The position numbers and the translations under genes are program-made. The notes under the pieces are model-generated. The model was not told where the DNA came from. It was given only the letters and a program-made list of their open reading frames with translations, and ran no database searches. 64,000 nt of DNA from Saccostrea cucullata (Eukaryota): positions 62,001-126,000 of the forward strand of contig NW_026928165.1 in the NCBI RefSeq assembly GCF_032062105.1, given 5' to 3'. Shown here piece by piece: positions 12,875 through 24,370 of this stretch; within the stretch, counting starts at the first letter, position 1; the number at the start of each line of letters is the position of its first letter.

Positions 12875-13850
12875 TCAAAAACTCATGAGATATCGCCTGC
12901 TATTGAAAATTTCACACATAGAATTTACGACCTTGACCTTTTGACCTCAAAATGAATTGTTATACCCTTATAAATATCATTCTATATATTTATTACTTAT
13001 AAAAAGTCCAACAAAAGAACTGTTTATTACATCGGTCTAACAATTTCACTATTGACCGGTCTTACATAAGAATTGTTAGACCGCAACGTCACTCGTCTGT
13101 TACGTCACAAGTAATTAATCATCGTTCAATATCGGCGACGCGAAAATAGCCGAAGTTACAGCTACAAGAGATGTTGCTAACAGCAAGGTAAGGAAGAAGG
13201 GAAGAGTATGTTTTGTGATAAATAATTTTTGTGATATAACAGATATATACTCAGTAATTTATTTTGTTCTTTCTCAGCTTGATGTTTTATATTTACTGAA
13301 TAAGCCATAATTTTCCATATAAAATAATTGATAATATAGCGTGTATTGATTAAATTGATCAATCTTAAGTGAGGGTATACCAAAACAGTTATAGACTGGG
13401 ATTCGGGCAACATTTGATTTGTTGGACCTGAAGATCTGCAGCCTCGGCCAACATTCTCACCTTCAGGTCCAACAAATCATATGTTGCCCTCATACCTAGT
13501 CAATAACTGTATATTGTAGCCTTCCTTACGCCAAAAGCATTTGTGGTATAAATATCATTGCGCAAAAGCTCAAAGGACTCTCGAGATATAGAAATACATG
13601 TATCGATCGGAAACGAAAGTGTTAAAATAGAGAAAACATTTTAATTTATGACCCTGACTCTTGGCTTTTTGAACTCAAAAACAATAGGGGTCTTCTTTCG
13701 ACCATAGGGAATTGTGTAATATTTCATTGCAAATGCTCAAAGGCTTCTCGAGATATCGCGTGGAAATGAAAGCGTTACAAACAGACAGAAATACAGTTTG
13801 ACGGACGGACAGACAGACCGAAATTAATATCCCCCACTTTCAGCAGACTT
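12875..13850 (-). mobile_element. Degenerate Helentron/HINE-like remnant interrupted by the 12957-13514 repeat
   Basis: GACCTTGACCTTTTGACCTCAAAA and GAGATATCG repeat motifs; GACGGACGGACAGACAGAC microsatellite at ~13800. Confidence 0.45.
12957..13514. mobile_element. Non-autonomous repeat with long subterminal palindrome (Crypton-like architecture); second copy at 60521-62348
   Basis: Colinear similarity to 60521-61085 plus 62336-62348; inverted arms at ~13385-13510. Confidence 0.65.
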
Positions 13851-14433
13851 AATCATTTAACTTAAATAAGAGAAAGTAATTTCTGAAAAAATGTTGAAGG
13901 TAGCTGGAGACAGTTTCACGGTCAGAAGGCCATGTTAAAATTACTCAAGATAAAGAGAGATCCTGGGGTTTGAGGATTTTTTTCACCTAAGAGTTCCTCA
14001 TATCAACATAGATCTTTCATATAAATATTCAAAATTTTAGAATCCTCAATCAGTACAATCAGTACTTTTGTAGTGTTCATGTTTTTAAAAAATTGTTTCA
14101 ATTTACAAGAAAAAAAATATGATTGTTCTATCTACACGTACATGTATATAATTGTGTATTTTCCTCCCCCAAAAACCAGCTCTAGAGCAGGACCCTCCCC
14201 AGAAAAAAGACTCTAGAATAGCACGCCTACGGAGAAGTGAATCTAGAATAATAGGATTTCCCCTCAGAAATCCTACGTCAGATTCAATTTTCCGGGGTTC
14301 CTATGGAATGAATATAGAGTGCAATTTCCCCTAGAGCCACTTTCCGCCAAATAAATATATCACAATTGTATTATTTATAATAAGGAAAGGGGCGATATAT
14401 TGTAATGAGTGTTCCTTTTTCAAATTTGCCACC

Positions 14434-14722
14434 GTAGCCTGCGTGGAGTAGTGGTTAGAGCGTCTGCTCTAGAGTCGAGAAGTAGGGAGTTGATCCTTAC
14501 GTCGCGGGTTCGAATTCCACTGAGGAATATGGAGACCGGTCCTTCGGATGAGACCGCATAAACCGAGGTACCGTGTCCAAGTAGGTGCTGGCACGAAAAT
14601 GATCCCTACCTGCCCAATGGCCCTAAGTGCTGAATATAGGACAAACTTTGCAGCTCTCCACCGGCAAGTGGTGGCGTCTCCATATGAGTGAAAACACTAT
14701 ACAATCAATCAATCAGTCAATC
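14434..14722 (+). mobile_element. tRNA-derived SINE, full length
   Basis: A-box TGGAGTAGTGG, B-box GGTTCGAATTCC, (AATC)n tail; degenerate flanking repeat AAATTTGCCACC / AAAGTGGCCACC. Confidence 0.8.
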
Positions 14723-17284
14723 AAAGTGGCCACCAGTTTCATAAGTAACGAAAAATAAAATAGAATAAATTTCATTTTTCTCAGTAAATGTCCAAATAAT
14801 TACTTAGAAGCATGAGTTTTTCTATTTCTTTTATTGTTCAAACTGGTTTCTAAAAATGCCCCTGGTATATATTGGTACAAAAGTTTTGTTGGACAATTTT
14901 CAAAAGTATTCATTGGAATAAAAAATGTATACATGGAGTTTTGCAAACTACAAGTACAAAATGTCCCTGGTACCGATATGTAAGTGTCTTTCATAGTTCA
15001 TTGCGTTTAGATATATCCAAAATAGCTGCCTTTGCTACATGTATAGAATTAAAATGAGTCATTCATATCTGAAAATTTAAAATTTTAAAATCATTAAAAT
15101 AATTTTCCTATTAGCTTCCAAATCCAATGCAAACCCACTGGTATCGAGCTTGAAAAATCAGCTTTTGTTGCCTTTTTTTGTTGTTAGTTCTGGTTTTTCG
15201 TTTTCTTTTTTTTTCCCTTTTGAAGAACTACATGATACCCACCATATAATATGGGGAAACTTATAAAAATACAAATTTTGAGAATTTTGTCAGACATTCT
15301 TTGTAAAAAAAATTAATGCTTGGCTGTAGAAGGTAAATATGTGACCAAAACACTAATGGTACAGTTAAATACTTGACATATATTCAAAAATTTGTACACA
15401 GATACATGTAGTACAGCTGCGCTGTGAGATGTTGTTGAAACTAAGAGTTTTACGATTTTAAGCGTTTTCTTTTTTGGGATGGGACTGAATGATTTGAACT
15501 ATTTACTATAAGATTTCATACTAAACATGATATATATTTATTTTCATGAAAAATTAATTAAATGTCAAATAAATTTTTGGTTAATTTTTTTTCGGGGTGT
15601 GTGTGTGTGATAAGTACTAGTATGAGATGCCTATAACTTCACTGTAAAATAAAATTATCGGGTTTATAGTAAAATAACTCTATGAAATAACGGTTTGTGC
15701 GGCGATGAAAAACAATCCCGGTTTATAGCTGAGATACATTTTAATAACATGAAGCAGCGATCCAGTCAAAAGTGCCGAGAAATAAAATAAAAAAAGTACG
15801 TTAATTACTTATTGTTTGGTGTGCACTTTACTTGCTTCAATGTCAATGCTAATGAAACTTTAGTATACTATAGCATATTAAATGTAGTTGCATAATTTTA
15901 AAAAGTTTTTTCACTTAAATTTTTGAAATTAACGAATGGGCTATTATACAGACTAATTTACCCAAGTTCTTTGAATGTTAAGTTTCTTAAGATTTGAAAA
16001 ATCATAGTCCTTGTATTAACCACGGGATACAAATCAATACTGATAAACTACTTGTTGATCAAGAAACGGGTTCAAGTGACAGAAAATCATTGTAGTCAGT
16101 AAAAATTAAGACTCCGGAGAGACGCAGGTTGTGTGATTATCCGACAACCTGTTGCAAGCAGACGTTAGGCGAAATAATAAGATTACAATGACGTCTATGA
16201 TTAAAAGTAATTCATAATTCATAAGAGGCAGTGATGTAAAAGTTAGAAAATTAACAACTTTTGTAAAATGATTGAGATGATGAAAAAATTTTGAAAAACT
16301 TGTCATCAGATGGTCCATTGTATTTTTGATTGACTCTCGTATCAAAAAGATTGAAGTAATAAAATCCAAGTTATGACCCGATAAACATACCATTATCATC
16401 ATTATTATTAGCATCATCATTTTGAAAACTAGAAATCGTTTTGTTGTCCATATCAAACTCTGACAACATGTGAAATCTTCAAAGAATTCTGCATAATGTA
16501 TCAAAATAACGGGATATCATGAAAATCCCGATTATTCAGAAAATGAATGATGCCATCCTTCACATAGACAGAAGGGCGCAAATTGTAAGGTCATAGGTCA
16601 GTGTAATGTAGTTCTTCTTCACGTCTCCAAAATGGGAGAGCTTCTTATCAATCGCATGGTCAATTAACCAGTAAAGAAAGAGGGTGATTTTCAAAACCCA
16701 TTTTATGTATGGTAACCGGTGGATTAATACAAGATAACGAGCCAGTACCAAAACAGGGATTAGAAAAGACAAACGATGGTGGATTCGATATTGTGAGAAG
16801 TATGGCCACTTCACGTTTATCACTCTTATTTTGCAGTTTACGACTTGTGGTTGAAGTTTATATCCATAAAAATGTATGGGAATCTCTGCATCAAACCGAG
16901 CTGTGGATGAGCTTGGATCAATGTATATTACAGTTTCTGTAAACAGGGATTACATTGTCAGACATGTTCTTCCCTTTCATATTTATGTTGCATGAGCAAT
17001 AATATGAGGATTACACAAACTTTTTAGGCGCCGATGGCCTTTGGGGATAAAAATCAATATCTATTTATGATTCAAAACCTGTGTTTATGTTTGAAATAAA
17101 CTTTATAATGTGAAAAAGACATTTAACTTGCCTGGCAAGTGAAATGATTTGTCATTCTTATATTCAAAGCTCTCCAGTGTTGTAGTGTAAAACTTCCCCT
17201 TAGTGAGACTTCTTATGAAAGTCTTGATCTAGAGTGATCGAACCTATCCATAGGGGATGTCTTATTCTAGACCAATACCTCTAG

Positions 17285-20200
17285 CTTAAACAAAACAAGG
17301 TACATTAGCAACTGGTACCACTTACAATACCTATTCGGAATAAGACTAATGAGTGCATCAAAGAATGTCCACTTCTCTCTTTGACCATGCCCGTCATATT
17401 CAACTGAAAAATACAAAATTGATTGATTGATTTATTATGTGTTTTTAACGTCCGTCTCGAGAATTTTTCACTCGTATGGAGACCCACCTAGAAATTAAAA
17501 ATATACAAGAAAGTAATCTTACTGTTTTAAATCTGTGTGCTGCTGACAATTACACTTTGATCGCTGTTGTTTCCTGGCTTTTATCACAGCCAAGATTTAG
17601 TACAAGTCACATTCTGAAGTTTTATAAGTGAGTGGCTCAAAACAGTTTTTTAATCCACTGGGTTTGTTTATAGCATAAACAAAACCAGGGACATTAGCAA
17701 CTGGTACCACTTACACTACCTATTTAGAATGTGACGATTTCATTACAATGTCCATCATTCTTTTTGACCATGCCCTTCACATTCAACTGAAAAATACAAA
17801 ATTGATTGATTGATTATGATGTGTTTTAGCGTCTCTCTCGAGAATTTTTAACTCACAAGGAGACCCAATAAAGAATTAAAAACAGAGAAGAAAATAAACT
17901 TACTGTTTTTAATCTTTGTGCTGCTGACAACTACACTTCGTTCATCATTGTTGATTCTTGGTTTCTATCACAACCAAGATTAAGTACAAATCACATTCTG
18001 AAGTTTTGTGAGTGAGTGGCTCAAAACAGTTTTTTTCAATCCAGTGGGTTTGTTTATAGCATAAACAAAACCAGGGACATTAGCAACTGGTTCCATTCAC
18101 ACTACCAATTCAGAATGTGACTTGAGTACATCAACAGTATCCACTTCTCTCTTGTCTTCAAAAAGTGAAATAGAAGATCGGTGTTGTTTCCTTGAGTGGC
18201 TCGGAACAGTTTTCTAATCCATTGGCTTTCTTTATATCATGCCTCATATTCAACTGAAAAAAAATACACGATTGATTGATTGATAATATTTTGTTTAACG
18301 TTCCTGTCGAGAATTTTTCACTCAAACTGAGACCCAATAAAGATTTAAAAACAGACAAAAAAATAAACTTATTATTTTAAATCTGTGTACTGCTGGCAAG
18401 TAGATCTTGATCGCTGTTGTTTGTTGGTTTCTATCACAGCCAAGATTTAGTACAAGTCACATTCTGAAGTATTATGAGTGAGTGGCTCAAAACAGTTTTT
18501 TAATCCACTGGGTTTGTTTATAGCATAAACAAAACCAGGGACATTTGCAACTGGTACCACTTACACTGTTCAGAATGTGACTTGAGTGCATCAACAATGT
18601 CCAATTCTCTCTCGGACCATGTCCATCATATTCAACTGAAAAATACAAGATTGATTGATTAATGATGTGTTGTTAAGGTCCCTCTCAAGGATTTCTCTCT
18701 CATATGGAGACCCACTAAAGATTTAAAAACAGACAAGAAAATAAACTTACTATCTTAAATCTGTGTACTGCTGACAAGTCGATCTTCATCGCTGTTGTTT
18801 TTATGGTTTCTATCACAGCAAAGATTTAGTACAAGTCACATTCTGAAGTTTTATGAGTGAGTGGCTCAAAACAGGTTTTAATCCACTGGGTTTGTTTATA
18901 TCATAAACAAAACCAGGGACATTTGCAACTGGTACCACTTACACTGTTCAGAATGTGACTTGAGTGCATCAACAATGTCCACTTCTCTCTTTGGCCATGC
19001 CCATCATTTTCAACAGAAAAATACAAGATTGATTGATTAATGATGTGTTGTTTAAGTCCCTGTCGAGATTTTTTCACTCACATTGAGGCCCACTAAAGAT
19101 TTAAAAACAGAGAAGAAAATAAACTTACTATCTTAAATCTGTGTACTGCTGGCAAGTAGACTTTGATCGCTGTTGATTTTTTTTTTCTGTCACAGCCAAG
19201 ATTCAGTACAAGCCACATTCTGAAGTTTTATGAGTAAGTGGCTCAAAACAGTTTTTTAATCCACTGGGTTTGTTTATAGCAAAAACAAAACCAGGGACAT
19301 TAGCAAATGTTACCACTTACACTACCTATTCAGAATGTGACTTGAGTGCATCAACAATGTCCACTTCTCTCTCTGACAATGCCCATCATATTCAACTGAA
19401 AAATACAAGATTGACTGATTAATGATTTGTTGTTTAACGTCCTTGTCGAGAATTTTACACTTAGATGAAGACCCAAGAAAGAATTTAAAAACAGAGAAGA
19501 AAATAAACTTACTGTTTTTAATCTTTGTGCTGCTGACATCTACACTTCGTTGATCGTTGTTGATTCTGGGCCTTTATCACAGCCAAGATTTAGTAAAAGT
19601 CACATTCTGAAGTTTTATGAGTGAGTGGCTCAAAACAGTTTTTTAATCCACTGGGTTTGTTTATAGCATAAACAAAACCAGGGACATTAGCAACTGGTAC
19701 CACTTACACTACCTATTCAGAATGTGACTTGAGTGCATCAACAATGTCCAATTTTCTCTCTGACCATGCCCATCATATTCAACTGGGAAAAAAAATACAA
19801 GATTGATTGATTAATTATGTGTTATTAAAGTTCCCTTTCGAGAATTTCTCACTCTTAGGGAGACTACTAAAGATTTAAAAACAGAGAAGAAAATAAACTT
19901 ACTATCTTAAATCTGTGTACTGCTGGCAAGTAGATCTTGATCGCTGTTGTTTGTTGGTTTCTATCACAGCCAAGATTTAGTACAAGTCACATTCTGAACT
20001 TTTATGAGTGAGTGGCTCAATGCAGTTTTTATCCACTGGGTTTGTTTATAGGATAAACAAAACCAGGGATATTAGCGGTTGGTACCACTTACACTACCTA
20101 TTCAGAATGTGACCTGAGTGCATCAACAATGTCCTATTCTCTCTCTGACCATGTCCATCATATTCAACTGAAAAATACAAGATTGGTTGATTAATGGTGT

Positions 20201-23200
20201 GTTGTTGAAGGTCCCTTTCGAGGATTTTTACTCATATGGAGACCCACTAAAGAAGAAAATAAACTTACTATAATAAATCTGTGTACTGCTGACAAGTCGA
20301 TCTTGATCGTTGTTGTTTGTTGGTTTCTATGACAGCCAAGATTTAGTACAAGTCACATTCTGAAGTTTTATGAGTGAGTGGCTCAAAGCAGTTTTTAATC
20401 CACTGGGTTTGTTTATAGCATAAACAAAATCAGAGACATTAGCAACTGGTACCACTTACACTATTCAGAATGTGACTTGAGTGCATCAACAATGTCCACT
20501 TCTTTCTTTGGCCATGCCCATCATTTTCAACAGAAAAATACAAGATTGATTGATTAATGATGTGTTGTTTAAGTCCCTGTCGAGATTTTTTCACTCACAT
20601 TGAGGCCCACTAAAGATTTAAAAAGAGAGAAGAAAATAAACTTACTATATTAAATCTGTGTACTGCTGGCAAGTAGTTCTTGATCGCTGTTGTTTTATTT
20701 TTTTGGTTTCTGTCACGGCCAAGATTTAGTACAAGTCACATTCTGAAGTTTTATGAGTGAGTGGCTCAAAGCAGTTTTTTAAGCCACTGGGTTTGTTTAA
20801 AGTAGAAACAAAACCAGGGACATTAGCAACTGGTACCACTTACACTACCTATTCAGAATGTGACTTGAGTGCATCAACAATGTCCACTTCTCTCTTTGGC
20901 CATGCCCATCATATTCAACTGAAAAATACAAGATTGATTGATTAATGATGTGTTTATGTTTCCAGTCGAGGATTTCTCACTCATATGGAGACCCACTAAA
21001 GATTTAAAAACAGACAGGAAAATAAACTTACTATCTTAAATCTGTGTACTGCTTGCAAGTAGATCTTGATCGCTGTTGTTTTTATTGTTTCCATCACAGC
21101 CAAGATTTAGTACAAGTCACATTCTGAAGTTTTATGAGTGAGTGGCTCAAAGCAGTTTTTTAATCCACTGGGTTTGTTTATAGCATAAACAAAACCAGGG
21201 ACATTAGCAACTGGTACCACTTACACTACCTATTCAGAATGTGACTTGAGTGCATCAACAATGTCCACTTCTCTCTTTGGCCATGCCCATCACATTCAAC
21301 AGAAAAATACAGGATTGATTGATTAATGATGTGTTTTAAGGTCCCTCTCGAGGATTTCTCTCTCATATGGAGACCCACTAAAGATTTAAAAACAGACAAG
21401 AAAATAAACTTACTATCTTAACTCTGAGTACTGCTGACAAGTCAATCTTGATCGCTGTTGTTTTTATGGTTTCTATCACAGCCAAGATTTAGTACAAGTC
21501 ACATTCTGAAGTTTTATGAGTGAGTGGCTCAAAGCAGTTTTTTAATCCACTGGGTTTGTTTATAGCATAAACAAAACCAGGGACATTAGCAACTGGTACC
21601 ACTTACACTACCTATTCAGAATGTGACTTGAGTGCATCAACAATGTCCACTTCTCTCTTTGGTCATGCCCATCATATTCAACTGAAAAATGCAAGATTGA
21701 TTGATTAATGATGTGTTGTTTAAGGTCCCTGTCGAGAATTTTACACTTAGATGAAGACCCAAGAAAAATTTAAAAACAGAGAAGAAAATAAACTTGCTGT
21801 TTTTAATCTTTGTGCTGCTATCAACTACTCTTCGTTGATTGTTGTTGATTCTGGGCTTTTATCACAGCCAAGATTTAGTAAAAGTCACATTCTGAAGTTT
21901 TATGAGTGAGTGGCTCAAAACAGTTTTTTAATCCACTGGGTTTGTTTATAGCATAAACAAAACCAGGGACATTAGCAACTGGTACCACTTACACTACCTA
22001 TTCAGAATGTGACTTGAGTGCATCAACAATGTCCACTTCTATCTTTGGCCATGCCGATCATATTCAACTGAAAAATACAAGGTTGATCGATTAATGATGT
22101 GTGTTGTTAAAGTTCCCTTTAAAAATAGACAAGAGGATTTCTCACTCTGTATGGAGACCACTAAGGATTTAAAAACAGATAAGAAAATAAACTTACTATC
22201 TTCAATCTGTGTACTAGTGGCAAGTAGATCTTGATCTCTGTTGTTTTTATGGTTTCTATCACAGTCCAGAATTAGTACAAGTCACATTCTGAAGTTTTAT
22301 GAGTGAGTGGCTCAAAGCAGTTTTTTAATCCACTGGGTTTGTTTATAGAATAAACAAAACCAGGGACATTAGCAACTGGTACCACTTACACTACCTATTC
22401 AGAATGTGACTTGAGTGCATCAACAATGTCCACTTCTCTCTTTGGCCATGCCCATCATATTCAACTGAAAAATACAAGATTGATTGATTAATGGTGTGTT
22501 GTTGAAGGTCCCTTTCGAGGATTTTTACTCATATGGAGTCCCACTAAAGATTTAAAAACAGACAAGAAAATAAACTTACTATATTAAATCTGTGTACTGC
22601 TGACAAGTAGATCTTGATCGTTGTTGTTTGTTGGTTTCTATGACAGCCAAGATTTAGTACAAGTCACATTCTGAAGTTTTATGAGTGAGTGGCTCAAAGC
22701 AGTTTTTTAATCCACTGGGTTTGTTTATAGTATAAACAAAACCAGGGACATAAGCAATTGGTACCACTTACACTCCATATTCAGAATGTGACTTGAGTGC
22801 ATCACAGTGTCAATTATTCTCTTTGACCATGCCCTTCATATTCAACAGAAAAATACAAGATTGATTGATTAATGATGTGTTGTTAAAGGTCCCTCTCGAG
22901 GATTTTTACTCATATGGAGACCCACTAAAGATTTAAAAACAGACAAGAAAATAAACTTACTTTCTCAAATCTGTGTACTGCTGGCAAGTAGACCTTGATC
23001 GCTGTTTTTTTTTTGGTTTCTTTCAGAGTTAAGATTTAGTACAAGTCACATTCTGAAGTTTTATGAGTGAGTGGCTCAAAGCAGTTTTTTAATCCACTGG
23101 GTTTGTTTATAGTATAAACAAAACCAGGGACATTAGCAACTGGTACCACTTACACTACCTATTCAGAATGTGACTTGAGTGCATCAACAATGTCCACTTC

Positions 23201-23950
23201 TCTCTTTGGCCATTCCCATCATATTCAACTGAAAAATACAAGATTGATTGATTAATGATGTGTTGTTAAAGGTCCCTCTCGAGGATTTCTCTCTCATATG
23301 GAGACCCACTAAAGATTTTAAAACAGACAAGAAAATAAACTTACTATCTTAAATCTGTGTACTGTTGACAAGTCAATTTTGATCGCTGTTGTTTTTATAG
23401 TTTCTGTCACAGCCAAGATTTAGTACAAGTCACATTCTGAAGTTTTATGAGTGAGTGGCTCAAAGCAGTTTTTTAATCCACTGGGTTTGTTTAAAGCATA
23501 AAAAAGAATAGGGACATTAGCAACAGGTACCGCTTACACTACCTATTCAGAATGTGGCTTGGGTGCATCAACAATGTCCACTTCTCTCTTTGGTCATGCC
23601 CATCATATTCAACTGAAAAATGCAAGATTGATTGATTAATGATGTGTTGTTTAAGGTCCCTCTCGAGAATTTCTCACTCATATGGAGACTCGCTAAAGAT
23701 TTAAAAACAGACAAGAAAATAAACTTACCATTTTAAATCTGTGTACTGCTGGCAAGTAGACTTTGATCGCTGTTGTTTTTTGGTTTCTGTCACAGCCAAG
23801 ATTTAGTACAAGTCACATTCTGAAGTTTTATGAGTGAGTGGCTCAAAACAGTTTTTTAATCCACTTGGTTTGTTTATAGCATTAACAGAAGCAGGGTCAT
23901 AAGCAACTGGTACCACTTACACTACTCATTCAGAATGTGACTTGAGTTCA
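17285..23950. repeat. Tandem array of ~382-bp units (17 complete, one half unit, one internally deleted unit), each with nested inverted repeats and a SINE 3' tail
   Basis: The anchor CAAGTCACATTCTGAA (or a 1-nt variant) recurs at ~17603, 17987, 18453, 18832, 19209, 19596, 19983, 20349, 20732, 21113, 21495, 21880, 22278, 22660, 23042, 23425, 23809. Confidence 0.95.
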
Positions 23951-24370
23951 TACCATAGTCAAAAGCAAGGATATAAGAAGCTGGTATCGTTTTCCTTTTG
24001 CTGTTTTTAGTAAACTTGAAAAGGGAAATATATGTTCCTTTAAAATACATTTTTATGATCTTGACTTTTTTATCATTCCAGTTTGTCAGTGTGTTATATT
24101 TTAGTCCATAAATTGCATTGTTTGTTTATAATGCAAAAAAAAAAATTTCAAATTCAACCATGTGAGAATATATGTTATGAACATAAACAAATCCAAAAAT
24201 TATTCCAGAGAGTATCGCAGTAGGCCTATGATTTTCTCTTGAGTTATCAGAGTTTGGAAAGTCCTACTTGCACTTATTTCATGACAATACATTCAGGCTC
24301 CTCTGAAAACCAGTTTTCTGTATGTAAACAATGCATGAAACGTTGATGATTTCCTGTATTTTTGAATAAA
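17590..24370 (+). ncRNA. Putative spliced non-coding host transcript with repeated 38-nt micro-exons and intronic hairpins
   Basis: Each unit has a pyrimidine tract + CAG, a 38-nt exon and a GTGAGT donor. A further acceptor lies at 24010 and AATAAA at 24365. Joined exons hit a stop in the second copy. Confidence 0.4.

Noticed and set aside
14146-14372. Weak inverted repeats suggesting an old MITE
   Set aside because: Too degenerate to define ends or a TSD.
14434-14520. tRNA gene
   Set aside because: The A/B boxes belong to a SINE head that continues into a SINE body and (AATC)n tail.
16000-17000. Several short ORFs (16106-16504, 16560-16823, 16709-16942)
   Set aside because: No recognisable domain or consistent splice pattern; possibly decayed TE sequence.
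21610-21680. C/D-box snoRNA in each unit (- strand ATGATGG...CTGA)
   Set aside because: The C box deviates from RUGAUGA, there is no convincing terminal stem, and I recognise no rRNA guide.
17285-23950. Array as a CRISPR array or a protein-coding tandem exon array (Dscam-like)
   Set aside because: No unique spacers or cas genes and a eukaryotic context. The + exons are 38 nt and nearly identical; the - strand 268-nt exon has stops in all three frames.
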